Shown here piece after piece: positions 40,556 through 63,058 of a stretch of 64,000 nt of DNA; within the stretch, counting starts at the first letter, position 1, and each line of letters begins with the position of its first letter. The notes below the pieces were generated by a model, which searched no databases, was not told the DNA's origin, and worked only from the letters and a program-made list of their open reading frames with translations. The stretch is from contig CAVNZM010000014.1 in assembly GCA_963693365.1 (NCBI GenBank), positions 5,704,001 through 5,768,000 of the forward strand. Direction: 5' to 3'. A program made the translations under genes and the position numbers. This DNA comes from Amoebidium appalachense (taxonomy: Eukaryota; Protista; Ichthyosporea).

Positions 40556-40748
40556 AAGTTAGGCTGGTGTGGGTGTATAAAAAGCAAGAGAGCAGGTGCA
40601 AGACGTAAGTTAGGCTGGTGTGGGTGCATAAAAAGCAAGAGAGCAGGTGCAAGACGAAACATGGTTGAGGAAGGGATGCATGTGTGTGGCTGGTGTGGGT
40701 GCATAAAAAGCAAGAGAGCACGTGCAAGACGAAACATGGTTGAGGAAG
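40556..40748. repeat. Tandem repeat, 3 copies of a core of about 45 bp
   Basis: GGCTGGTGTGGGTGYATAAAAAGCAAGAGAGCASGTGCAAGACG occurs three times. Confidence 0.9.
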
Positions 40749-40958
40749 TGAAGTGTTATCGCAATAAGTCTGAAGGAGTTGTTCGGTTAGTGTAGTGCAC
40801 ATGGTCGTGTGTGTGTGTGTGACCGTGTACGTGGTGGTGGTTGGTATGGGGGGGGAGAAAGAGGAGGGTGTGGTGTGGGGAGAGGGGGGGGGGGGGGAGG
40901 AACGACAGGATGGGGGAGGGACGGGACGGGAGAGGAGTTAACGCAAGAGGTGTGTGTG

Positions 40959-40992
<34 letters not shown>

Positions 40993-41166
40993 CGATAGTT
41001 GATTTTGAGGGGAAACGGTGGGGAGGGAGTGAGAGGGGACGGAAGAGGCGAGTTAGACACGCAAGAGGTGAAGGGGGGGGGGGGGGGGGGGGGAGAGACA
41101 GTTGATATTGAGGGGGTGGGGAGGGAGAGAGAGGGTGGGGACACAAGAGGTGGGGTTAGGAGAGGG

Positions 41167-41272
41167 TCGGGGTGGGGTGGGGGGGGGACCAACGAAACGA
41201 CAAGGCAATGTAAATCCATCGGGGTGGGGTGGGGGGGGGGACCAACGAAACGACAAGGCAATGTAAATCCAT
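41167..41272. repeat. Tandem duplication of about 52 bp
   Basis: TCGGGGTGGGGTG(n)ACCAACGAAACGACAAGGCAATGTAAATCCAT occurs twice. Confidence 0.9.
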
Positions 41273-41644
41273 TAACCAAGACATTTTTATTTATTGCAAT
41301 TTTTCGACACGAAGACCACAACCCGGAGTGCTGACAAGCACTCACTGGGGTATTGTACGACAAGTTTCTTTGGAGATGTTGGACCCCGGGGCAAACCCCC
41401 AGGGGCGCCGCGACTAATCCGCTGGCGCACAACACACCACTACACAGACAGGGCTGCACATTAGGGAAGCTGAGCAATAGGAGGGCCGGGTGGGGCGCAC
41501 GCCTTGCTTTCGCTAGACCACTAGATGTTACGCAGCGAGCAGCAAGTGCTGTCGTCGTGTGTGCATGGGTTGCGTGTTGTGCTGCGCGTCTAGATGTGTT
41601 CATTTTGCAGTGCTTGATTGGCGACAAGACGATAACAAAAACAT

Positions 41645-41720
41645 GGCGTCACGAGCACCGATACACAAGGATAATGGCGTCACGAGCACCGATGTCATTT
41701 TTGAGACCAAGACCAAAGAC

Positions 41721-41759
<39 letters not shown>

Positions 41760-42720
41760 GAAGAGGGTGTGTAAAGAAGAGGGGAGAAGGGAGGGGTGGG
41801 GGGTGGGGGGGGTGGGGGGGGAGTTGTGTATGTGTGAGAGGCGGGGGGGGGGGGGGGGGGGGGGTAGACTAGGAAGACAAGGGCTAGGCAGGACAGTGTA
41901 AGTAGAGGGATTTGGGGTGCAGATCTTGTCTCTCGTGTGGTCGGAAGAGATGTGGCAGGGTGGTGCAGTGCAGCGCAGGGCAGTGGTGAGGTAGAAACCA
42001 GGCCAGTCACAAGCAGTATGTAGTGAAGTACGTGGGGCAGAAACAGGGCAGACGGGGAAGGAAGAACGAGGAAACAGGCACCCAAGAAGACACGACCGAA
42101 GGAGAGTACATCTGTCGGGAGAGTAAAAAACCCCCACACCCAAGACTAAAAAAACCCCCATCTCCATGAATTGAAAACACACAAATACTAACGAGATGTA
42201 AAAAATCCCACACCCAAGACTAAAAAACAACATCCACACCCAACCCCATCTCCATGAATTGAAAACATACAATCCTAAACATATAGTGTCAGGAGCACCT
42301 TGGACACGTGGTGTCACGAGCACCGAGGAAACAACATGGTGACACGAGCACCGGGGACATTTCACACAAATACACAAAACAAAAAACACATCCCAAACAT
42401 GGTGTCACGAGCACCGGAAACACAAAACGTGGTGTCACGAGCACCGGATCCGCATTGCGATATATTCACATGGTGTCACGAGCACCGAGGGCTAAAGAGA
42501 CGTCACGAGCGCCTCAGAAAGACAAAGAACGAATCTGATTGGCCTAAAACATGGTGTCACGCGCACCAAGGGCTAGAGGGTGTCACGGGCACCCCATCCT
42601 AAGACCATTCTTACAAGGTGGGACTGCACGAACACAAATGTGGTGACACGGGCACCAACACAACACAATTTTGTGCAGCATAATACACACCATATACACA
42701 AATGTGGTGACACGGGCACC
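41645..42720. repeat. Array of 13 copies of an imperfect palindromic 15-mer GGTGTCACGAGCACC with mostly non-repetitive spacers
   Basis: Copies start at 41645, 41676, 42285, 42310, 42338, 42401, 42431, 42472, 42499, 42553, 42579, 42642 and 42706, all in the same orientation. Confidence 0.9.
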
Positions 42721-43149
42721 GGACACGAGAGGAAAGGACCAAACCGGGACAGAGTTAACGGAAAAGGATTTTACATGTAGACCTGTGTGTGTATGTGTGT
42801 GCTACAGGACACTCACCTTTACATGGTAGCCTCCCACGTACCCTCCCAGACGGTTTGACGGTGTAGGCCCACCCCCCAGTCACAGTCAGTACACTCAAAA
42901 TACCACTAAATACCAATACCACTAAGCTATTCCACAACATCGAAACACATTTATGTTTCTCCCTAATCTTCCACCTCCCTCTGCCACCTCCCAACCCCCC
43001 CCCCCCCCCCCCCCCAAACACACCATCTCACCTCACACCCTCAGCAATACTAGCATCCCCATCCCCATCCCCATCCCCCCCCCCCCCCCCCCCATCCACC
43101 ACCCACACTATACAAACCCTAACCGTCCGTTCCCCTACACACACCATTA

Positions 43150-43290
43150 CATCACCAACCTCATGTATACTAGCCTTAGCATATAAAGCATATTACCTAT
43201 GCAAACACCCAAACAGTGCATCACCAACCTCATGTATACTAGACTTAGCATATAAAGCATATTACCTATGCAAACACCCAAACAGTGCAT
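43150..43290. repeat. Tandem duplication of about 69 bp
   Basis: CATCACCAACCTCATGTATACTAG(C/A)CTTAGCATATAAAGCATATTACCTATGCAAACACCCAAACAGTG occurs twice. Confidence 0.9.
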
Positions 43291-44119
43291 GTGCCGTGGT
43301 GTATGTGAATTCATAGTGGTGTTGCATCAAGACGTGCAATGTAGTGGAACACATACCAGGGAAACTGCAGCGTGGATCGCTCAACGGAGGGCTGCACATC
43401 GGGCCGAACTACCCCCGTGGACGGGTCAGCACAGAACCTCTGCAAGGAACAGTAGGGAGAGAGGGCAGGCCCCCCCTCCACACGTCAGTGTTCGGCCGGA
43501 CCCCACCAACTAATAGGTGCTAGTCCCCTGTGCAATCGAAATATGCAAACGAACATAAGTTCAATATCTCACCTGTTACAATGGGGCTGGCAGTGGACTT
43601 ATTCATCTCGCCCCCTCCTCCCTTCTTCTAGTCTAGGGAGTATAGCTAGGTATGGGGCTGGCAGTGGTTACACACGCAAGTGTCACACACCTATAACACA
43701 TCCTATCATACTAGAACAGTGTTATTTGCATACCTGTTGAATGACGCCCCTGCGCTATGGCTGGTAGCACTGAGGAGCAAGGGTGGACACGTCTCCAGGC
43801 AGGCAGTCTGCAGTGCATGAGAAACCCCCGGGGTGGTGCTCTACCATATCCATGCCGAGAAACCGAATTCGAACGAACAATTTCGACGCAAAAGCCGGAA
43901 GTGCAACCCATTTGTAAACAAAAACGACGATACGAAAAGAGAGAACGGATGACGAAATATCACAGCCCTCGAATTTGTGTAGGAAGATATGATGGGAAAA
44001 AAAAGTAATCGATATCCCTTTTCCTTATCCTACTTCCGTGCTTTCCACTTCCGATTTGCCTGTTTACACAGTGTATCACTAATACAAAAGGCATATTTCT
44101 TTGCAATAGAGTGATCGGA

Positions 44120-44203
44120 TAGAATACTAAGATGACCGCAATGTCTAATTCTATCTGCTTTTAGAATACTAAGATGACCGCAATGTCTAATTCTATCTGC
44201 TTT
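44120..44203. repeat. 42-bp perfect tandem duplication
   Basis: TAGAATACTAAGATGACCGCAATGTCTAATTCTATCTGCTTT occurs twice. Confidence 0.9.
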
Positions 44204-44894
44204 CATATAACGAGTAGTTCACAGAAAGAATGAATCCAATATGGATGCTATATGATTTTGGAAAAGATATGGAGAAAAAAAGGAAGGAGAACGAATCTAA
44301 TGAAATGCAATATGGATAAAGATTTTGGAAAAGATATTGAGAAAAGGAAAGATTTTGAAAGATAAAATGGAGAAAGGAATGATTTTGAAGATAATAGAAG
44401 GAAAGAATGAGGAAATTAAAACGGAATGAGAGAAAACTTTTTACACATGCTACGAGTGAAGAGGAGAAAAACAGATAGACGGGGCTAATACAACAATCCA
44501 TTAATTTAGAACATCTGGACGGTACCGTTATGTAGGACGAGAAGGACTGGTTGGAGAGGTTTTTCATAACCACAGTAGAACCTGCAATAGTGTAAACTGA
44601 ACCCACCCACGATCTAAATAATAATATCCCTTTGGATTTCGCACGAACATCAGGATTTATTTCACTACCTATTTCGATGTCTTTCATAAAATTCCCTTTC
44701 AATAAAGACATCAGATTCCCTTTCAATGATATCATGCAAACTCTGCCACATTTTTCCTGAACACATTCCCTTACACATTTTCGTGCATTCCCTTACGACA
44801 TTTCGTGCCCTCCACGCATTTCCAGCACCGATAAGAATCACGAGGGAAAAATCACTGACGGTAGAATAACAAATATGATAACTTGCCCAAATTG

Positions 44895-45380
44895 AGGTCA
44901 CCTGGTCTACAAACGAGCGAAAGGCTGTGCCGGGGCGGAACGGGCGTTTGCCTGGCTGTTGAAGGTCGGCGTGGCTGGCTGGGTGACACCTGGACACGTC
45001 CACTTTAATAATCTCCTGCCTTCACAACTCCTTTGCCATACCAAAGCCACTTTCCCCACACCTTTGACACTAACAACAATCGAACACATCATCTTATACT
45101 ACTCTCTCTTCACAACAGAGAATCACACGTGCAAGCATTGAACCCCTCAGAGCGCAGCTCGGAGAGTCTAGCAGTTGCCCCATCCCAGAAGGAAGGGCAT
45201 TTACCATTTATGTTTCGGGTGGGACGTCCATGTTTCCACACCCCCGCCCCACAGGGCGTTCCGAAGAAGTCGAGACGACTGCTGAACACGAACTGAATGA
45301 GGCTGGAGAAGCGTTTATATACCATCGGATCGAAGTTGCTGGTTCGTCATGGTTAATGTTTTGGAGGCATGCAAATTGAC
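44895..45380 (+). mobile_element. Possible decayed non-LTR retrotransposon ORF2 C-terminal remnant
   Basis: Broken reading frames give ...AFAWLLKVGVAGW...LLCH...TIEHIILYYSLF / IEPLRAQL...IYVSGG, resembling the C-terminal Cys/His region (C..C..ETIEHIL..C) of LINE ORF2. No RT motif is visible; resemblance judged by eye only. Confidence 0.3.
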
Positions 45381-46467
45381 CGGTCGGCGCAAATGCCGCG
45401 TGATATGGGTTCAGGCAGTTCTGGAAATGGCAGGTGCTGTTTGTCAAATAGCAAAGCAAAGTATATGCTAAAGCAGCATTTTTTTGAGCAGCATACATAT
45501 TTAGGTCCTAATTTGGTTTCTTCCTATATTTTTACTCAAAATATGCGCACCAAACGGTCTTAGGTTACAAAGGAGAGTATAGCCAGCTGAGAGGAGGTTA
45601 AAGTACCAATCATAAGGCGTCAAATGCTTTTTGACTCTTCGATCAGTTGCCGAAAGGCCGTGAGCCGCATTTTTGACCAACGAATATTCGGGACTAGTGC
45701 CAAGCTTCGGACGTAATGACGACTTTCTAACATCAGCCATCAACCCAAGAAAGAAACAAAACTCATAGTATATTTTGCAAGAAATACTTTTAGATAAATT
45801 GCACTCTAATAGAAACACATAAATATACTATGTTGATTCGTAAGCTTATTGCTGAAGGGGTTTCAATCACAAGAAAAACTGCCTTCAAAGTGGTCGCGAT
45901 GAATAATTATAATGTGTTGATCGATATATATATCGTGAGATCACTGGCCACAAAAGGCCCATAAACATCATATATTTTTCGGACTTACATGCTTGTTTTA
46001 AGCTATAACATTTCTAAACAGGTTTCTATTCCCATAAAGTTCAATTTACAACCTCTACAAAACACTGCATATCTTTATTTCGGGTTCCCGAGAGAGACTC
46101 CCGATGGCTGGCGGTGGGTGCAATCCTTGTGCCTCTTGCGAGACCTTCGCAGGCCAGTGCTGCTCTTCCGATTATTTTTGCGTAAATGTATGGTACGTGA
46201 TTGGCTGGTTGGATAATGAAGTGGCTCACAACACGGAGCGCCGCAAATGCTTTTATGAGCCGCCTTCCACAAGCTTCGGATCCGGGCCCGGGCGTGACTC
46301 GACTCACTCGAGCCATGGCCGTGCCGGGCGGATGTTGGCCCTCCGATTCCCACACGGGATCGCCGCGCCCGCCGCTCATGCTCCCGCCTCTGTGATGGCG
46401 ATCCCGCCCGCCAATCCGTTTGTTCCATTGGTCTTATCGCTCGCCCTTTTGTTTTGGTCGCAGTAGC

Positions 46468-46982
46468 ATTTGGATTCTCAGAAGCCAATCATCAATAGTG
46501 AAACTATTTCGATTGGTTCTTCGAATCGTGACCTGATTGGGTGGTAATACACCAATTATCTTTCAAGAAAGCTTAATTGTTATGTATTTCACCAATCATG
46601 GTCTGGCGCTGAATCTTGGCTGCAGGCTATAAAAGCTGCAGCCGAGAGAAGCCTTGATCAGTCTTCCCTCACTCAGCGCCACTTATACCCAACCCATCCC
46701 GCCCGCGTCTTCCTTTTGCTCTCACTCAGTTTCTGTTCGCTTGCATTCACGATCGGCACTTTAATTATGTACATTTAGGGTAGTACTGCCGTGTGAGTGC
46801 AGGCTTTCATCTTTATCGATCTCTTTGCGATTGATTGGCAACTGGTTTGCCGATCCCAGCCGATCTCAGCCGATCTCAGCTGTCAGAGCTCGAATAAAGT
46901 TGAAAGTATTTGGATTCTAAGAAGCCAATATCACGGCCATCGGCCGGCATCTAGAGTCTTTAGAGTCTCTAGATGGCCGTGA
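46468..46982 (+). mobile_element. Solo-LTR-like / self-contained Pol II promoter-terminator module without an ORF
   Basis: Five CCAAT/ATTGG boxes (46485-46596), TATAAAA 46628-46634, Inr-like TCAGT 46658-46662, AATAAA 46893-46898, a 22-bp direct repeat at both ends (46468-46489, 46908-46929) and a terminal hairpin 46931-46982. No clear TG..CA ends or target-site duplication found. Confidence 0.4.
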
Positions 46983-47045
46983 GCCAATATATATCCCGGT
47001 ACCGCACGGTAGAATGGCGGGGTGGTTGGGTGTATGTGTATGTGT

Positions 47046-47111
<66 letters not shown>

Positions 47112-47185
47112 GAGGGGAGGGGGGCGGGGGTGTTGGGGAGGGAGGGGTGGGGGCGGAGGAGGCCTCAAGCTTTGAGGAGGGAGGG

Positions 47186-48290
<1,105 letters not shown>

Positions 48291-48596
48291 AGCCTCGAGC
48301 GAGCGAGAGAGCCTAACACAGAGCTCAAGGGAGGGAGGGAGGGGGGAGGGAGGGGGGAGGGGGCGGGAAAGAGCCTCTGTGTGCGCGAGAAATCAAGGAG
48401 GAGAGAGAGAGGGGGAGAGAAGCAAAGAGGAGAGAGAGGGGAGAGAGGAAGCACACGTCAAGCTAGCACTCTTGAGTGGTGCTCATGGGGGATTGGGAGC
48501 TTAAGGCGAGCTCGAGAGGGTGGGTAGGGGGGAGGGGGGTAATCCTCGAGGCAACCTGCTTTTTGTTCTTTCTTTTTCTTTTTCTTCTTTTGTTTT

Positions 48597-48664
<68 letters not shown>

Positions 48665-48708
48665 GGGTGTGCGTTGGTGGGTGTTGGGGGGGAGGAGGAG
48701 GAGGAGGA

Positions 48709-48754
<46 letters not shown>

Positions 48755-48886
48755 CGGTTACTGAGTACCGTAGAAGTGCACTGTCGATTACGACAGACAA
48801 CACAATCAACCCATATTTCCAAGGACATTTATCATCGAAAACAGCTCAACCCCTTCCCCCCGGGCAGGCGGGCAGGCGGACAGGCG

Positions 48887-48921
<35 letters not shown>

Positions 48922-49329
48922 CTGTTGGCCATATGCTCACGAAAGCAGGGGCACACAGTGTCCTGGTCAGTTCTATTTTTATCTCCTCAGGCAAGGGGAT
49001 GCCCAGCTTGAATAGAAGCAGAAAAATGCTGTGGGTAATCGAAAAAGTATAATATGTGGACCAATGTGCTCTTCCCTCTTGTATTTACAAACCATCCAAA
49101 CAGCCATAACAAAGCAATATATCATAGAATTACAAATTAATAGCATATCAAACTTGCGAAGTTATCATATTCAAAGCCGGAAAGGGGGAGGAGGCAAAAA
49201 AAAAAAAAAAAGAAAAGAAAGAAAAGAAAGAAAGAAAACACTTCCTTGTTTGCAACACCTTGAGTGTGTGTGCATATGGGTGGTGGTGTTTGCTGCTGGA
49301 AATGGTATGCTCGCATGTGTGTGTGCGCA

Positions 49330-49361
<32 letters not shown>

Positions 49362-49696
49362 TGCGCGCGCGCGTGTGCGTGTGCATCTGCGGTGTGTGTG
49401 TGTGTGTGTGTGTGTGTGTGCATGTGCGTGTGTGTGCATGTGCGTGTGTGTGTGTGTGTGTGTGCGCGCGCGCGCGTGTGCGTGTGTTGGGAGGGGGAGG
49501 GAGGGGTGCACACCCACATCGAAACCCAATTGTACACCGCGACGAACACACTGATATGCTCACGAAATCACTGTCCGACCGGTTAAAGGACACTCCCCCC
49601 CCCCCCCCCCCCCTCCCCCCCCCCCTCCCCCCTCCCCCCCCCTCCGCCTCCTCCCCACAAAAAAAAAAAAATCGCCTCGCCTCTCATTCCCACTAA

Positions 49697-55469
<5,773 letters not shown>

Positions 55470-55639
55470 CGTGGTGTAGGGCGTCAAAAAGGTCTCTAAA
55501 TGTTAGGAATCTTATTTGAGTAATGAATAAAATACAATTTTCTTTACACTTTAGGAAACATGGCACACACGCGTACGGCCTCCCCTTTTCCGAGGCTCTC
55601 GCCATGAAATGATGCACAGTTGTACATACTGTCACCTTT

Positions 55640-55710
55640 GGGTGACGTAATCGGATCGGTTTTTCGCGCCAAGACGGATCGACCAATAGCACAAGAGCAC
55701 GTTACGTTAT
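55640..55710. promoter_or_regulatory. Probable frataxin promoter region
   Basis: About 170-240 bp upstream of the ATG: CRE-like TGACGTAA (55643), E2F-like TTTCGCGCC (55662) and CCAAT (55683) in repeat-free CpG-rich DNA. Motif-level evidence only. Confidence 0.35.
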
Positions 55711-56526
55711 AGATGGCTTTTTATTTTTTAACCTTTGGTATGCGATAAGATAAAATCGGAATGCGACATTGCGTTCCATCACCAGCTGCTTTCACATCGC
55801 ACGTGGGATCCGACTTCGGACTTCGCACGTGTCTGGTGTGTTCGTGCTATCCCCGAGTTTCTAAGGCGACGGCTGCACAGCGTAGTTTATGGGAGCCGGA
55901 CGAGGATGCTGACTTGGAAGGGAGCGCGTTTCGCATGTAAAGTTGGTGTCGTGAAGGATACTATGTGACAATGGAATGGAGGAAGTGTGCACAGAATATT
56001 TACACCGTGACCGGAGCAAAGCACGGCGAACCATCATCATCAGCGTGTGATATGATCATGGCGGGGCGTGGTATATGCGCATGCACTGGGTGATAAGGGG
56101 GAAACGCCACCACTGCATGCCCACCAGAGCGGCTGGCAGCGGAGCTCGAGCCAGGTCCAGCCCACATGCGCACAGCGCTAGCAGATCTAGAGTCACACGA
56201 CAATGTCAGGTGCATCAATTCAACCCTCAGCAGCCTCAGTGACATGGAAAGGTGCACGTGCACGTGGACATGCGTGTCACCTGAGCCCGTCGTCGTCAGC
56301 CCGGTTATCAGTGAAGGGGGTCCCCGGGGGCCCGAGCTCGAGCTCACAAGAACAGTTCCCACGGGGTGATAGCGAGTTTGTGCATAGGACCGAATTGTAT
56401 GAATCAACTCTGTGAAGTTGAGAATCAATTGCAATTGATGTGTTTCACGTGTGTGTGTTTTTGCTTTTTTGTGCGGTTGCGTCATCAGTCATTTGTGTGT
56501 CTGTGTGTGTGTGTATGCATACACGT

Positions 56527-56567
<41 letters not shown>

Positions 56568-56641
56568 AGAGGAGGGGGGCCGGGGAGATGTCACGGGGAG
56601 AGCCTCGGAGAGAGAGGGGGGGGGGGAGAGAGAGGGGGGAG

Positions 56642-56708
<67 letters not shown>

Positions 56709-56778
56709 CCGGGAGAGGGAGAGTGAGGGTGTGTGCACATGTGTGCGTGTGTCTGCCAATGTGTGTTTGTGTGTAACG

Positions 56779-56815
<37 letters not shown>

Positions 56816-57346
56816 TGCGCGTGCGCATGTGTGTGGCATGTGTGGTGTGTGTGTGTGTGACACTGTGTGTGTGTGTGTGTGCACGTGTTTGAGTGTGTGT
56901 GTGCATGTGTGTGTGTGTGTGTGTTTGTGTGTGCATCCGTGTGCCCAAAGTGAGTTGTTTTGTGTTGCCAATTTTTTATTTTTTATTTTATCACGTTTTG
57001 TTCCCGGAGGGCCTTTTCAGGCCCTCTAGGGAAACTACCGTCTACCACACAGCACCGACAGTACACTAGTTAAGGTGCTATCTATGAGTTCAGCTAAGCT
57101 AAACCATCCTTCACAACCTAACTATAAGTACACACTTTGCCCAGGGCTACTACCCCAGCCACGCCGGCAGGAGGCTCCAGTCCTCCCCTCCATTCAAAAC
57201 CTAGCAATAAACGTTAACCGAGGGCTCTCATTGGTCGATCTACAGTATTGGGAAGTCCTAGGTGTTGTGTATAATATTTACGGTGGGTATGGGTGGATGA
57301 TGTTTTGTGTTGCCAATGTTGGTGGTGTTTTTCTCCTTTTGGGGGG

Positions 57347-57377
<31 letters not shown>

Positions 57378-57435
57378 AAGGGGGGGGGGGAGGCGGGGGA
57401 GGTGGGGGGGGGGGGGGGAGGGCATATGGCGGGGG

Positions 57436-57490
<55 letters not shown>

Positions 57491-58199
57491 CTAGTTAGAT
57501 TTTTGTGGGTGCATGCATATTCGTCTTTCGAACACCTGTGTCAATTGCCGGACAGATGCAGAGTACATGCGCTGGTCATGGCCCAGAATGCGTACCACAT
57601 CAAGATTTATTCAATTTCCCTTCGGTCGCGATGTCGTATATGTAACTGCACGAAAGTGGTAATGAGAGAACCAAACACGAAATTTAGGTCCACCAATCAA
57701 CGAAAACATGATTTAGGTGTGCCAATCACAACCTACCACAGCCGTACACAGCTTCAACGAACACGTGCACAGGGTACATCATGTTGCTGTACATCTTCCG
57801 GGTCTGTGTACACGACACGGGGCACGGACGGCAAGAAACTTGCAGCCATACAACATCTTTAGAAACCGACCGTGACCACCAGTGAGCACGGCCTACTAAG
57901 ACGGGAATCCGCCCTCAAGTTCGGCATATATAGTTCGATTGCAGCCGTGACTACGGCAGCTTACGGCAGCTCAATTGTGCTTCCTCCCGGCGCCCGGCAG
58001 AAGTGAAGGCCCAGCCGTCAAACAACAAGTGTACAGTAGACAAGCAATCCGTCTATGGACGCCGACACCTCTATTGTAAATACGAATATTGGTACAATGT
58101 CATTTATTTTTAAGTCTATAGTCAAACACGGAGTATTGTACTCGAAATAGGTGGCTGCGTCCGATCATTTTGGATTTTCGCTCCACCAATGATATTTCA

Positions 58200-61540
<3,341 letters not shown>

Positions 61541-62486
61541 ACATCTTGTGCCTTTCGGCCGAGTGCAAAGACCCCTCCTGTGGTCTGCAGACAAAACTTC
61601 TGTTGCACTGTTCACGCCTTTATGCAAACACTGAACACACACTGTCTGAACGCAAGCTAGTACATACAAATATACATATGGTTTGTAGGCCGGGCCTGGT
61701 TCTCCGTCCTGGTGCGTGGATATTCTCTCCAAGGTGAATAAACACGATTCTACTACCGAACTTACCACGTATTACACATCACACGTCACGCGACGTATGG
61801 GGTGCCAATCGATATCACTTATTGTAAATACGAATACTTCGTAGCCTGCTCACAGAGCGAGACGTCGTACTGCGGCAGCCATAACACCGCCAATCATTCG
61901 TTAAACTTTCCCATGTCCCTTAGTGTGTGAAAGCCCATACGAGATGTGCCTCTCCCTCGGCAATTAATAAGATCCGTTAATATAGAATTACTGTCCTTGA
62001 GAACCCACATACCTTCATCACGCCCCTCTGCAGATACTATTCGGTGCTTTCTTTAGTGAAACACAAAAAGATCGTGTCTCACCATAATCCTAAATATGTA
62101 CTAGCATAAGCTACTAAGTGTTCAACAGTGACGTTTCATCCGGTTGAATGCATTTCACCGATTGTAGTCGTCATTCTCCGAGCCGTAGGAAGTTCAAGTC
62201 AACTTGGCAAATAGTAAAACACACAAATCATTCCATTCACCTGGCCAACTTTCAAACAGAATGATTGCAAGCCCTGGGCTCAGCATGTCTCTCAGCATGA
62301 TGATTCAGCGGCTTCCTCAAAGCGGAAGATGGCAGTCTTTTCTTCCCTGAGCTGTGATGGAGGATAAAGAGGATTTAGTACACTCCTATGAAGTGTGCAG
62401 CAACACACAATGATTTAGAGTACGATTGGAATGGCATCGTGTGTACACCGTGTGGGTGGGTGATATCAGTCACCCCCCCCCCCCCC

Positions 62487-62517
<31 letters not shown>

Positions 62518-62680
62518 CCCCCCCCCCCCCCTCTCTCTCTCCCCCCCCCCCCCCCCTCCCTCCCCTCCATCCCTCCCCCACTCCCTACCTCTATACCTAC
62601 CTACTTCCCTCCTTCTCCATCTCTCTCCCTCTCACCACTCCTTCTTTCTGTTCCTCTCTCTGTGTTGAGTGTGTGTGTGT

Positions 62681-62779
<99 letters not shown>

Positions 62780-62965
62780 CGCCTGGGAAAACTAAATGCT
62801 TAAAGTTGCACAAATCTAATCAGTGTGCACTGCCCATCAATGCACCCATATTCAGGCAGCTGGCAGAAGTGTGCATGGTGACGGACATGATCGTAGGACT
62901 AGAGAAGGTGGAGAAGTCTTCAATTATTGTTATAATAAAAAGTTTTATTTTTATTTCTATTTTTC

Positions 62966-63034
<69 letters not shown>

Positions 63035-63058
63035 GGGGGAGGCAGTGGATGCACAAAC

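Noticed and set aside
41895-42125. Chromo/Tudor-like fragment (HKQYVVKYVG)
   Set aside because: Too short, interrupted by stops, and the other conserved aromatic residues are not in frame.
42285-42720. CRISPR array
   Set aside because: The repeat is only 15 bp, spacers are irregular (10-49 nt), there are no cas genes and the context is eukaryotic. Kept as an unexplained motif array.
44193-44735. 180-aa minus-strand ORF
   Set aside because: The F/S/L-rich sequence is the antisense shadow of purine-rich plus-strand DNA and has no recognisable motif.
46271-46318. Polylinker-like cluster (HindIII, BamHI, ApaI, SmaI, XhoI, NcoI within 48 bp)
   Set aside because: No vector backbone, primer site or marker is visible nearby. 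It lies in a CpG-rich patch where palindromic 6-mers are expected. A UniVec screen would settle it.
55761-56485. GC-rich short ORFs on both strands next to the frataxin promoter
   Set aside because: No domain, in-frame stops on the plus strand and no chainable splice sites. Could be a divergent non-coding transcript but is unsupported.
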